Part shown: piece by piece, positions 12,321 through 24,548 of the stretch
How positions within the stretch are numbered: the stretch's first letter is position 1
How the letters are laid out: every line of letters starts with the position of its first letter
NCBI GenBank assembly: GCA_028534125.1
Contig: CM052818.1
Location: forward strand, 24,368,001 to 24,432,000
Source: Lama glama
Lineage: Eukaryota
Direction: 5' to 3'
Length of the DNA: 64,000 nucleotides
Position numbers and translations under genes: made by a program
Notes under the pieces: generated by a model
The model's database searches: none
What the model saw: the letters and a program-made list of their open reading frames with translations, nothing else
What the model was told of the DNA's origin: nothing

Positions 12321-13349
12321 GGAGAGGCACGGACTGATAACACATGTCCATGTGTCTTACTTGAGAGTGAGTGGGCAGTTTTCAACAGGGTAAGGAAAAG
12401 ACCTACTGTGCAGTTTGGTAAATTGTTTGCATTAGAAGAAGCAATTTACCAGCACTTATCAGAACAGCAAGGGCAGAAATGGGGCTGGACTGCTATGTCA
12501 AAAAGCCATAATTTGGAGGTTAAGTCAGTCGGGGAAGAGGGGCCACGTGGGTACCATGCAGAGGGCAAAGCCAAGGTCAGAGTTGGATGTTAGAGCAGTT
12601 AGAGTGTAGTGTCAGAGAAGGTAAGCCTGTCAGTGTCAGGAAACTCCAGGTTGGCTGGGAGACACAGACAGAAGGAGATTCGGAACTATAGACTCAACAT
12701 TTGGTTATGTCCAGGAAATAAATGGAGGCAGAGACAAGGAGGAGGAGCATGGAGGCCAGAAGGGGCACCTCAGGCCAGCACAGGTGAGAGAGCTGGGGCT
12801 GTTGATCCTATATGGTACCATCTGCTAGACCAAACAAGAGCTGGTGTGAGCTTTCCCCATGGGAAAGCTTGTCTTCAGGGACCAGTACACTGGCAGGGGG
12901 CTGGGCTCACCAGAGGGGCTTACAATTCTATCAGTTTGGCTTTCTGAAAAATCCCTGGGAAATCACCTAGAACCACAGTAATGCATCTCTCTTTTTTGAG
13001 TATCTTCAAACCCTTGAAAATCAGATGCCAAAATTTAATTTCCGGTGGACTTTTTAAAGATGTTTAATTTTAACATATGTAACCTAAAACTGACAGATAA
13101 AGTCCTTTTAAGAGGACTTTTGATGGATTAAACTTGTTAATGACTGTCATTGGATTGCCGCCACACACTTTTTTTCTTTTTAATTCCCTGGCAATGACGG
13201 AATATCCCTAACCTGTAAACTGCATTTTCATCAACATTATCAAATGCCGTTTATCAAAACAAAATAAAACAAGCATAGCAATACACAGAAATAATGTTCT
13301 GGAGAGATCATAGTTCTGTATGGAGCAGCTGTGAATGGTGGAAAGGAGA

Positions 13350-13535
13350 CTGGAATTGGAGGAACAACAACAAAAAAAAGACCTAAGTTTTTGGTCTGAG
13401 AATTCCCACATGCCATTGGAATGACCTTGAGCAAGTTACATAATCCTCTTTAAGCCTGGTGCCTCATCTATGAAATGAAGATAATCACATCTGTAGAACA
13501 GTGTATCTGTGAGGGTGAAATTAGGGAATAAACAT
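13350..13535 (+). mobile_element. MIR SINE
   Basis: tgaccttgagcaagttac...cctcatctatgaaatgaagataat. Confidence 0.75.
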
Positions 13536-13539
13536 GACA

Positions 13540-13720
13540 ATTAACATTTATTCCACACTTTCTAATTTATAAAGCCATCCTGACATGTATTACTCAGTTT
13601 GATCTTCATGAACAGCCTGGCGAGGCCATTTCCATTATTGTTGGGTTTATATTCTTATTTTTCTGATGAAGTAACTTCCCCCCAGATCACACACGGGCAA
13701 AACTGGAACTCATCTAACAT
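13540..13720 (-). mobile_element. MIR SINE (tail-to-tail with the previous copy)
   Basis: taacatttatt...tttgatcttcatgaacagcctg...gatgaagtaacttccccagatcacac. Confidence 0.6.
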
Positions 13721-13925
13721 GCACCACATAAACATTTACTTTGTGACTACTACGTGCCAGAACTATTTTAAGAAGCCCTGGTGACTGTGACAATAATAAA
13801 ATGGAAAGCTAACATTTATTGAGTGCTTACTATAAACTGCCCTAAATATGTATGTGTATTTGCCTGTTTAACAGGGCCCTTATATGAAATAAGTCTGACA
13901 GAAAAAAGCAAATGCTGTGTGGTTG

Positions 13926-14425
13926 NNNNNNNNNNNNNNNNNNNNNNNNNNNNNNNNNNNNNNNNNNNNNNNNNNNNNNNNNNNNNNNNNNNNNNNNNNN
14001 NNNNNNNNNNNNNNNNNNNNNNNNNNNNNNNNNNNNNNNNNNNNNNNNNNNNNNNNNNNNNNNNNNNNNNNNNNNNNNNNNNNNNNNNNNNNNNNNNNNN
14101 NNNNNNNNNNNNNNNNNNNNNNNNNNNNNNNNNNNNNNNNNNNNNNNNNNNNNNNNNNNNNNNNNNNNNNNNNNNNNNNNNNNNNNNNNNNNNNNNNNNN
14201 NNNNNNNNNNNNNNNNNNNNNNNNNNNNNNNNNNNNNNNNNNNNNNNNNNNNNNNNNNNNNNNNNNNNNNNNNNNNNNNNNNNNNNNNNNNNNNNNNNNN
14301 NNNNNNNNNNNNNNNNNNNNNNNNNNNNNNNNNNNNNNNNNNNNNNNNNNNNNNNNNNNNNNNNNNNNNNNNNNNNNNNNNNNNNNNNNNNNNNNNNNNN
14401 NNNNNNNNNNNNNNNNNNNNNNNNN
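13926..14425. other. assembly gap, exactly 500 N
   Basis: Run of N directly visible in the sequence. Confidence 1.
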
Positions 14426-14679
14426 TGTGTGTTCCTAGGAAAATATCACATTTCTCTTTCTGCTTTTCTTCAAGCTTTTTTGACGTGTACCTTAATCTCA
14501 TGTTTTTTTGAATTATCGTATATTAGTCCAATATTAAGAAGATGGTACGCTTTTCTTTTCTAATTTGGTTTGTTTCCAAAATTATTTTTTGCAGGCTGCC
14601 ACATTTGCAGAAAGTGCCATCTCAAAAGAGGCCATAGATTTGGGGGGTTGACAAATACCTCACTTAGTGATGACTTCTT

Positions 14680-14870
14680 CCAAGCTAGGCCTGTGCCGTG
14701 CGCTTTTCATCCACTGGCTCCTTAACGGTCACAACCAGCCTGTGAGCTGGACACTCTCATGATCCCCTTGCACAGAGGAGACAGCTGAGGTTCAGAGAGG
14801 AACTTCACCGAGGTCAATTAGCTAGTATGGGGAAGGAACAGGATTCCTTTTTGTGTCTCTCTGACTTCAG
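14680..14870 (-). mobile_element. MIR SINE
   Basis: cacaaccagcctgtgag...acagaggagacagctgaggttcagagagg. Confidence 0.7.
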
Positions 14871-15224
14871 TTGTGATCATCAAATTCTTTATTTGTCTTC
14901 CTCCTTTTTTTTCTAAATAACGTCTCAACAGAAATTCCCAAATTGTTCATTCATTCATTCATTCATTCAAATCCTCTCTCTCTCCCCATTCCGTTTTTCT
15001 CTGCCCTCATCACCTGTCATGATTGAAAGTGTTTACTCCTCTCAATGAAAGGGCAGGACACAATGCTGAGTCTGTAATTACTGTAACGAAGATGGGGCCT
15101 CAATCTTTCAGTCTTGACCTGTTTGATAGTGAAACAGGTGTACAGCATATTTGTATTTTGCCTGAGTTATGTCCATTGTCATAAACACTTAATTTTCCTT
15201 TATTTAGCTGATGCATTCTCATCC

Positions 15225-15380
15225 TGATAGTCCATGAAGAGCTTGAAGTGGCTTGAAAGATTCTATGAAGCCCTTGAAATTGTTTGCAATTTTTTTTTAA
15301 CTTTGGTGCATTCTGCAGAGAAAGAAGATCTGTGGCTTTCTCAAAAAAGTCCACAGCTCCACAAATTTAAGACATCACTT
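15225..15380. mobile_element. MER103-like hAT-Charlie DNA transposon fragment
   Basis: ctatgaagcccttgaaattgtttgcaa...ctcaaaaaagtccac...ttaagacatcact. Confidence 0.55.
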
Positions 15381-16244
15381 ATCAAGGGGGAATTCATTCA
15401 TTCTGAGTCATTTTGGTCTCCGTTACGTCAATGAGTAAAAACAATGTAGAGGCCTATTCTGGACAGATAAAAGCAGGCAATGGTATAGTGGATTCACTGG
15501 TGCCTGCTGGGGAGACTGAATCCAATTCCCTAGTATAGACTGGGTCCCAGTCTCCTTTGCCTTTCTGGTGAAACTGCCGAGAGTCACTCAGGACAGGATG
15601 TGGCACTGTCCATGCCTTCTCTTTCTGGTTATATTCCAGCAGCAGCTGATCCTGAGACCCCAATGGCAGCGCATCTGAAAGAGCCATCCCCATATCTCTG
15701 AGAACAATGCCCACTGTGACTTAGCCTACGGCTCAGCCTCATGCCTCCGGTAAAAGTGTCCACTGAGGATGGCACTTATGCTGATGAAATGCCTTCCATC
15801 CGTGTGATGTGTTTCTTTGGCAGATTTGTTTTTTTTCTTGGAAACTTCTTAGAAGTTTTTTAAACTGGAAAAAAGTTTTTAGTAGATGCACTGATTGGAT
15901 ATTTTAAATATCTGAAAAAATAGGTAGGTTCTTTGATGGGCTGGAAGATCTGATACTTTCCTTTCTGGGTCACAGTGATGGATCCTGCCTAACAAGATCC
16001 TTATCACACAGAACTGGAAGGAAGCTGCACAGATAGCTAAGCAGCCCTCATCTGTACAGAGGAGGTGGTATGGTATGCCTGCCTTCAGAGACATTAGATG
16101 ACTTCTTCCTCTGACTCCCGCGGATGGAGACTGCAGTTTGAACTCAGAATCTTGTGCACGTTCAGTATCATTTCTGCCCTCCATGCTGTCTTCTAACCCT
16201 TGAAAACATTTCAGCCCTGTGTGAAAATTAAGAGGAAAACATCT

Positions 16245-16406
16245 GGCAGGGGAGGATATAGCTCAGTGGTAGAGCACATGCTTAGGATGCATGAAGTCTT
16301 GGGTTCAGTCCCCAGTGCCTCCATTAAATCATAAATCAATTAATCAATCAATCAATCAATCAATCAATCCATCCTAATTATCTCCCCACTCTGCCAAAGA
16401 AAAAAA
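16245..16406 (+). mobile_element. tRNA-Ala-derived SINE (camelid vic-1 type)
   Basis: tRNA head tagctcagtggtagagcacatgcttaggatgcatgaagtcttgggttcagtcccc, (TCAA)n linker, A-tail; 15-bp TSD aagaggaaaa[c/t]atct at 16230-16244 and 16407-16421. Confidence 0.9.
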
Positions 16407-16654
16407 AAGAGGAAAATATCTTCTCAACTTATCATTTCCCAAATACTGACCTTCTTCTTTTGATAAATCTGTAAGTGATAGAGCAAAAAAAAAAAAAAAC
16501 CAGCTAGTTTTTTAAAACCTTAGATTACATTTAAAACATTCTAATTCAAATTACTTGTATGGATTCCTAGAAAAAAAAATATATATGTATGGAATGTGAG
16601 CTGTTGTTTTATTTCATTTCCCTATCTTTGTTGTTAGTGATGTGATTGGTTTGA

Positions 16655-16882
16655 AGGTGAAAGTAGAAAATATATGGGCTTTAGAATTAGAGAAATCTTG
16701 GTTTAAATTCAAGATAAACTTACATCTGTGTTGGAATTTATATTTGGTTATTCTGAACCTGTTTTCAAATCTGTGTAACAGGGATAATCATAACAAACAG
16801 TTGTGCTCTGAAGAATAAGGAATGTGACACATCAAAGAGCCTAGCACTCAGCTTTATAGAAGACACTTAACAATTTTTAGTT
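16655..16882 (+). mobile_element. MIR SINE
   Basis: gggctttagaattagag...ctgaacctgttttcaaatctgtgtaacagggataat...agagcctagcac. Confidence 0.7.
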
Positions 16883-17384
16883 CAGTAAATATAATGGACA
16901 AGGGAGGTGCTAAAATCTTTTTACTCACAAATCCTTAAATGGGATTAAAGACAAAATTCCTTACTTGTGTACTTTCCCTCTCAACATCCTATACTACTAA
17001 CTCTTCAGTCTTCCCCTTTGCCACTAACACAAAACGGGTTTTCTTATCTCAGATTGCATTCTGACTATTTTCTTTTAAAAGAGGCTGCTGTGCTTGACTG
17101 AAATCAGAAATACGCCACAAGCACTGAATTGCTGCATTTTTCTTCCATTATATCTTCTCCAATAAAGAATGAAATAGCTGAAGAGATAAATAAATGGTGA
17201 CTAAATAAAGATCACTCTTTCTGGCCAATAAAGTTTGACCATTTTTTCAAGAGTTATAAGTTAAAGCAGCGCACAATATTTTGAAGGAATTTAGTTTCCC
17301 TGATTAAAAAATCATTTGCATTTCACTAAAGCCATTGGAAGTTATACACAGTTAAAAGTAAATCTTGGTATCACTGAAGGAAAA

Positions 17385-17590
17385 TTATATATTTCCTCAC
17401 TGAGTTTTCCCAAGAGTTCTGTGATGTGGGTGTTATTTTCATTTACATATAAGGACACTAAGGGTCAGAGAGGTTAACTAGGTAACTTCTTTGATGAAAT
17501 GTTTATCAATCACAAGAAGCAAAGCTAGGCATTGAACTCAAGTTGTCTGTCTAAAAGCCCTGGCTTCTCATTGTTCCAGACTGACTTCTC
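17385..17590 (-). mobile_element. MIR SINE
   Basis: ctgtgatgtgggtgttattttcatttacatataaggacactaagggtcagagaggttaa. Confidence 0.7.
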
Positions 17591-18159
17591 TGATAGTATG
17601 TGCAAAGGGCCTGTGGTGGGAGGAAGTGGGGCATATGAGATTCTCAAAAAGCTTCTGTGCTAAGTGCTTCACATCCATTTTATCCATTTAATGCTTTATA
17701 CACTCTATGAGGTATCTACTGCAAATTTAAAGATTGGAAATAGATACCTCAAATTTAACCCATCTAAAGCAATCTTGGTTTATATTCCTTTCCTCCCTTA
17801 AGCCCACTCCTCTCCCTGGATTCCTGATTTCGCTAAATATCATTGTCATTTACTCAGCTGCTCAGACCAAAAGATGGCATTTATCCTTGATTCTTTTCAT
17901 TAGTAGTTGATTGTCTCCTCCTTCGAAAAAATGTCCTATCTCTCCATCTCTCATCACCTCTGCAGCTGTCCAGCCACTACCATCTCTCTTCAGACACCTG
18001 GTTCCCTTCTTACCCATGATCCACTCCCTCCCCTCAGCTCCACAGTGAATTCTTGCACAGCAGCTGGAATGATCCTTTAAAGTCGAAGCCAGATCTTTGC
18101 ATTCTCCTGCTTAAACACTTCCAATGTGTTTCAATCACTCTTAAAAAAGATTGAAAAAA

Positions 18160-18420
18160 AAAAGCCAGACATAGGACGAATACTACATGATACCATATAC
18201 ATAAGAAATCCAAAATAGTCAAACTAGTAGAGGCAGAGAGTAGAAGGGTGGCTGCCAAGGGCTGGGGGGAGGAGGAACAGAGGAGATACTAAGTATCAGT
18301 TCTGCAAGATGAGTAAGTCCTAGTTATCTACTGCACAGTATTTGGCTAGCAAGACTATATTGTATACTTAAAGATTTGCTAAGATGGTGGATCTCATGTC
18401 CCATGTTCTCATCACACACA
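18160..18420 (+). mobile_element. L1MA-like 3' fragment nested in L2
   Basis: aatagtcaaactagtagaggcagagagtagaagggtggctgcc...gatttgctaagatggtggatctc. Confidence 0.75.
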
Positions 18421-18850
18421 AAGCCATAGTGTTGGCCACAGACCCCACGTGATCTAGCTCCACCCTCTTCCCTTATTTATGCCTCTTAGCCAGACTGGCC
18501 TTCTTGGTGTTCCAACTGCTCCACACTCACTTCCGCCTCAGGACTTTTGCACTTGCATTTTCTCTGGAAAAGTTCTTTCCCCAGATAGGCTCATGTCATC
18601 ATTTACTCATCTCTCTGCTCAACTATCAAAAGAGGCCTTTACTCCCTATTATGTTTAAAATGGCACCTTCACCATCACCCATTTTCTGTTGTTACTGTCC
18701 TGCTTTATTTTTCTTTGCAGGATTGACATTATTTTATATGTGTATTTATTATTCCCTCTGGAAAATTTGTTCTATGAGATAAGAGTATCATTCTCATTCA
18801 CTGTGTAAGCAAAATTTATAATAGTTTTTGATACACAATAGGCACTCAGT

Positions 18851-18997
18851 GTGGGAGAGGGTGTAGCTCAGTGGTAGAGCATGTTTAGCATGCACGAGGT
18901 TCTGGATTCAATCCCAAGTACCTCTGTTAAAAATAGATAAAAAAACAAATAAATAAGCAAACCTAATTACCTCCCCCCCATTAAAAAATCTTTTTTA
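18851..18997 (+). mobile_element. tRNA-Ala-derived SINE (vic-1 type) inserted in the L2 tail
   Basis: gggtgtagctcagtggtagagcatgtttagcatgcacgagg; TSD aataggcactc at 18837-18847 and 18998-19008. Confidence 0.9.
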
Positions 18998-21539
18998 AAT
19001 AGGCACTCGAATCATAATTGTTGAATGGATAAATCAATGAACGAATAAGTCCTACTGAGGGTAAGGTAGTTACCACATTTCAAATAGCCAGGAAGTACAG
19101 GGTCAGAATTTGAATTCAGGCACAGAATACTACCTGGACTCCATCTAAAGTGCTGTCTTGCTTCTGCGGAAGTGTCCCTGTCACATGCTGTCCCTTGATG
19201 TATGTACAAAAGGATACGTGGGAAATAGAAAATGGAGTAAGTGTTTTTTCCATCTTTCAACCTGCTTGTCTGTGGGCCAGTTACTCAGGGGGATAAAAGC
19301 CAGACTGAAACTTCATGGAACACAGATGCTGGTTGAAAATATGCACAGATTATTGCTCAATTTAAAATTACTCCCAACTTGGAAGATCGTGGAGCTCCAA
19401 GCTTTTTGTTTTCTTCCCTTAGTTTATTCTCTGTAAATTTTGGTGCCATTAGACAGGATGCAGACAAAACAGTTTAGCCCCACAGGTTATTCTTCTCTGG
19501 CAGTCAGACTTTTTTCCCCTCTCTGCCTTCCTGGGTCCTGCATTCCCCTTGAGGGACTGTACTCAAAAGGCCAGACTTGTAAATTCCATTACAGCGAGCG
19601 CTCTGATGGAAGAGAATAAAACGTTGACTCAAGCTTGCTCTTTTTCCCAAAAAGGGTCACAAAAACTCTGATGACAGGTGGTGTCCCTGGAAGGAATGGT
19701 GCTGTGGTTGCAAATCAGGGCTTGCTAAACACTGAGCGCTGGGTTTCACCCCCAGCTATTCTAGTTCATCTGGGGCAGGGCCCTAGCACTCCTTTGTCTA
19801 AACGAGTTCCCGGCAATGCTCGTTGACTTGAACACGGAAGACAGTGATACAGAAAGAAACCGCCCATCACAACTCTAGGGAAAGAACCACCTGGGAACGG
19901 GAAGTCTCCGCCATCGTGTCACTTGCGCCGTCAATGACTTACAGTCTGCCACACAGGAGAACTAAGACAACTCCAAATGTAGAGACGTACAGCCCGGCTT
20001 CCTGAGCCTTAACGCCGCCTCTTGTTAGTTCTAAAGTGTACGGTTGGGAGCCTCCAGGAAAATTAGAGGTTTCCAAAATGTGGTTTCTTCTGGTCATTGT
20101 AAAGCATGATGGCACAGAGTTGGGCCTTAGATGCAACTTTGCTCCATTTCTTTCTTTTATTCATTGACCAACAATTCTGGGGATACACTCATGGCCCTGT
20201 TCGTCTCAGAGTCGAAAGGTGCCATCTGTCATGTCCTTAACTATGGATTTCTTTCTTTGACATTCTTCTTGGGCCCGCAGGAATCTTCTGGTTGCTTCCC
20301 TACGTAGTTAAGTTATAAATAAGTTTTCTTCCCTTTCACACTCCAGTTTCCTTGGCAGATGAATGGAAATGTAGTCATGAAGCACCTCTAACAGTTTTGG
20401 AACATATTTCTTTTTAAATATGTCTGCTGTATTGATGAGGCAAGGCTGAAGTGACTCCTTTGAAAGCATGTGGTGAGAAGAAAGGACCCTATGAAGAGCA
20501 GCAGGATCGAAAATGAAGGCTTTTTGCTCTGCTTTGCTTGTGTTACAATATCTCCTTTTTGCTCTCTTCACCAAGAAATCTGAGCATTCAACACACGTGG
20601 AAAGAGAGTCTGGACCCTGGAGGAGCAAACAGGATTAAAAAAAAGTTTTGCATTCCAATCTTGGACTTCTCAAACGGATCCAGTCACTGAATTTGAAAAT
20701 CCATGGATTATACCATCTTGCTCTTTTTTGAAAACAAACATCAAAGCATAGAAGGTGACTCCCAGAGCTTTCAACAGCTTGCTCATCCTCACTGGTGCTG
20801 ACTGGGTCATCAGGTGGGTGTCAGGGCCAGAGAGGTTGGTTGGGCTGCTCTTAGGTCTCACATGCTTATTATTGGGCTCAGTGCTCCATGTGAGTATGAG
20901 GTTCAAGGATTCTCGGCATCAGTCTGGGAATCTAGGTCCTGCTAGGTACCTGACCTGAGGCCCCAACTGGAAAAGAGCTTCCCGGCAGGCTCAACCTCAG
21001 AACTGTAAATTTGTGTACATTGGGCTTGAATGACAGAGATTAAGGCTCCTAGGAGACTTCAAGTTTTGTGATTTTTCTTTTTTCCCCGCAGCACTTAAAT
21101 TTTGCCTCATAAGATGTTTACTCTCAACAGAACTTTTTGAGTGTATTTCTCCCTGTTGTTTTTCTCCGTAATAGTTTACATTGATGTAAATAGTGGATCT
21201 GGGAGTCTACTGAAAGAGGAACTTTCTCAGCGACAAAACCACTGTGGCATGTTTGCAGCGCACACCTTTTCCCCTTCCTCTTGTGTCATTGAGGGACAAG
21301 GGGAGGGTTGGATAGAAATTCTTTCCAAGTTTGCACCAAGTCTCTCTCTCTCCAGTGCCTCTTCCCTCACCTATGTTGGCTTAGACTCGGTCCTTGACCC
21401 CTTAATAGAATATTGCAGAAAACCCCAGACAGACAGCTTGCAGAGTGAACAGAGCCTCTCTCTTTGAGTCGTCCCAGGAAAAGGGAGTTGATTTTGATGC
21501 TGGGCTGCTAACAATTTGATCTTTTAAATGACTCTAGTG

Positions 21540-21800
21540 CAGTGCGTTTATCACATCATGCCCTTGCCGACCCCTTCTTCCTCACACAATGACTTCGCCG
21601 AGGCCTGGGTCACTTCGTTTCCTGGAATTTCTCCTGAACCTTTTCTCCCCCTTCTGGCTGCCATATCGCTGATTCATGAGATTTCCATTGCACACCGCCT
21701 GTCTTCTTCATAAGACTGTGAACTTCCTGGAACCTCTATCCCTGTACCTGACCCAGCTACTGGCATGGAGTTGACCTTCAGCTGATTACTGAATGGCTTT
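21540..21800 (+). mobile_element. L2 3' fragment
   Basis: ctgtcttcttcataagactgtgaacttcctgg...tactggcatggagt...ttactgaatg. Confidence 0.55.
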
Positions 21801-22019
21801 GTATGCTTTAGTCACCAACACTTCCATAATAAAAATGGAAAGGAATATCTCTGAGATGGCAGAAGTTTAGAGTTTTTCTTTGATTTTAAGTAGAGCGGTC
21901 TGGGAACTCCCAAGGCAATTTTCATGCTATATTTTCCATTCCTATTTTTCTTCAATCTGTTGTGAACATCTTTATCCACAATCAGTAATAAGCACAACTA
22001 CAGAACTTATGGGATGTTT

Positions 22020-22200
22020 GTGTTTCATTTATAGAAATCTGTTTTTGTCTGCTAACCCCATGCCCTTGATTTGTCCTTCCCCACTTCCCTTTTGGTAACT
22101 ACAAGTTTGTGTTCTACATCTGTGAATCTGTTTCTGCTTTGCATATACATGCATTTGTATTGTTTTTCAGATTCCACATATAAGTGATATCATACAATAC
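22020..22200 (-). mobile_element. L1 3' fragment (cetartiodactyl-type)
   Basis: cccttttggtaactacaagtttgtgttctacatctgtgaatctg...agattccacatataagtgatatcatac. Confidence 0.85.
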
Positions 22201-22939
22201 TTTAATTTAAAATTTCCAGAGACTCTTTGTTCCCAACTACCCATTCATCCATCTCTCTTCCCATTCACGTTCTGCTACTCTCTTTTGTTAGGAAAATGTT
22301 GGAATCAGCTGGCAAATCCCACTATAATTACTTCCACAACAACCAAATGTCTTTACCACAGTTAAAGTATAATTTAAGAAATTAGAAGCCCGACTTACAC
22401 GCATATAAAGAGAACATATGTCAAAAAGTTTATTAAACTTATTTATTAGGTAGGGGTTCAGTAAGATGATGAGGCCAGTTTAAAGAACTGAGTATGTATG
22501 GACCATTTAATAAATATTAGACGAATTTTGCTGTGTTAGATACAGAAGTGGCTAATACAGGGTGATATCTCCATGTTAACATGACATTTCACTAAGTCTT
22601 GGACATTTAATCATAATAAACAAAGTGAGTCAAACAAAATGGACTTTCCCTAAATAATTAAATAAACCTTCGTTAGATCTGTGCCCTCATATGATACTAA
22701 AAGGACATGCTACCCACCTTTCTGCCTTTTTTCTAAGGTTATAAATATTTTTCCATTATACCACGAACAGTGTCCATACACTAGGCAGTTAGGATACATC
22801 ATTTTGGAAGGATTCACTTAAAGGCAAATGTACCCCAAGTGTGAGAATTATGCTCTTCCCTGGTGGTCCATGCAGGGGGATTTTGCCCATCTTCACTGTT
22901 GCCCTGTGGATGTCAAGTTATGCATAAAACCAATATTAA

Positions 22940-23160
22940 CAATAAAATTTTTAGGATAACCTTATGGTTTAAAAAACTATATTCACACACACACACTTCT
23001 ATGGTCTTAAAAACTGTCTTGACAACTAGGTGATACTAAGCATATTTTACACATAAAAAAGAGAGGCTCAGAGTATTTTAGGAAACTTTCCCAAAGACAT
23101 GATGTTAACATGTGCCAAGAGCTAGGACTAGAATTGAAGTCCAAAAGCTTGATAACTTAA
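22940..23160 (-). mobile_element. MIR SINE
   Basis: catattttacacataaaaaagagaggctcagag...ttcccaaagacat...ctaggactagaa. Confidence 0.55.
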
Positions 23161-24413
23161 CTGCATGTTGATATTTGCTGGAATTTCCTATGACCTCAAA
23201 GCCACAATGTTTTGATTTGTGTTGTATTTTGAAAATTTTTGTTATTAAAAATTTCATTAATTCATAGGAGGTAAGCTAAGGAGGGGCTTTTGCAAAATCA
23301 GCAAAGTCATAGGAGGAACTCTCCTTTATTTAACGAGGAAACCTGCAGAAATGCTCAGAGATTCCATCTCAGTCACTTGATTGAGACTCCGGAGTAATCT
23401 AAATGTGTTTTCATGGTGTTACGGTTCTAGTTACAAGGATAGTCAAGGCGCAGTGTTTAACCCCCACCATTTTCTTGTTTTTTAAAATTTATTTATTTAT
23501 CCATCTGAATTTGGAACATGCATTTGAAAATCAAGCTAACCCTAGGGAGAAAAGCCTCCCAGTGCTCTTGGAGCTCCTTCTTGATGATGAATTAACTTGT
23601 TTTGGGGAAGCCAATGAATTGCTGATCTCACTTTTTTATATGAAAAAAAAAAAAAGCACAAAGGATCAGGCAGCACACAAAGCAAAGCCAGTTCTACACC
23701 AAACAAGGAAATAGGCCCAGTTCCTTCCCCTCCTCCGTAGGCTCCACCTCTTTCTACTCTTAGGGTTCTGCTTCTTCAAGGGTTTTCTCCCAAATGGATC
23801 ATGTAAAACGATCCATGGTGGGGTATAAAATGGCTGATGATAGTGCAAAAGGTGAGCCTTTTCTGGGGAATTTGTGTTTGTGCAGGAATCAAAGCCTGAA
23901 GCAAAAAGAACAAACATTCCAGCATAGCTCTCTGATGTGTGTTGGGCAGGGAGAGGGTGGCTTGCCCTCTCCTTGTCTCTGAAGTAACCCCTTCAGACCT
24001 CTTCCTGACCTCCAGACCTAGGAGGCTGACTTGCATGATGAATTTCCATGTTCCTTACTCTCACACGGAGCTTGCAGTTTAGCAGGAAATGGGTTAGCCC
24101 AGGTCAGACTTCAAGATTAAACTCTGAAAACCTTGAGCACTGTGGAGCCCTCCTGCTGGGTAGATTACATAGCAAAAATCTTAACCCTAAACCCAGAGTT
24201 CTCAAGGAGGAAATGGGAGGCTGTATTTGACAAGCCACATCTCCCATTTCCCCTTTTGACCGATGTGCCCAGTCAATCCACAGGGACACAACAGGGCATT
24301 TGAAACGGACATAGTTCTCATAGCTCTCAGAGATGTATGTTGATCAGAATCACAGACCACTGTTTCTGATGTCCAAAGATTATCCTAATGTATCTTAAGA
24401 ACAAATGGTCCAA

Positions 24414-24548
24414 TTTAATGAAAAAGAATATGAAAATGAATATATGTATGTGTATGTATGACTGGAACATTACGCTGTACACCAGAAATTGACACATTGT
24501 AACTGACTATACTTCAATTAAAAAAAGGAAAAAAAAAAAGGAAAAAAA
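24414..24548 (+). mobile_element. short L1 3' tail with A-rich end
   Basis: tttaatgaaaaagaatatgaaaatg...ctgtacaccagaaattgacacattgtaactgactatacttcaattaaaaaaa. Confidence 0.85.

Larger units (their letters stand above)
17745..19045 (+). mobile_element. L2 LINE (~1.3 kb span) interrupted by an L1 and a SINE
   Basis: acctcaaatttaac...ctcagaccaaaa...tgcttaaacacttccaatg...ctcaggacttttgcacttgc...L2 tail ttgttgaatggataaatcaatgaacgaa. Confidence 0.8.

Noticed and set aside
13823..14563. Longest ORFs (173-246 aa)
   Set aside because: Artefacts of reading through the 500-N gap.
16249..16323. tRNA-Ala gene (also at 18859, 31517, 43105, 45695, 62501)
   Set aside because: Stems are mutated and the copies carry a SINE tail, A-tail and TSDs, so they are SINEs and not tRNA genes.
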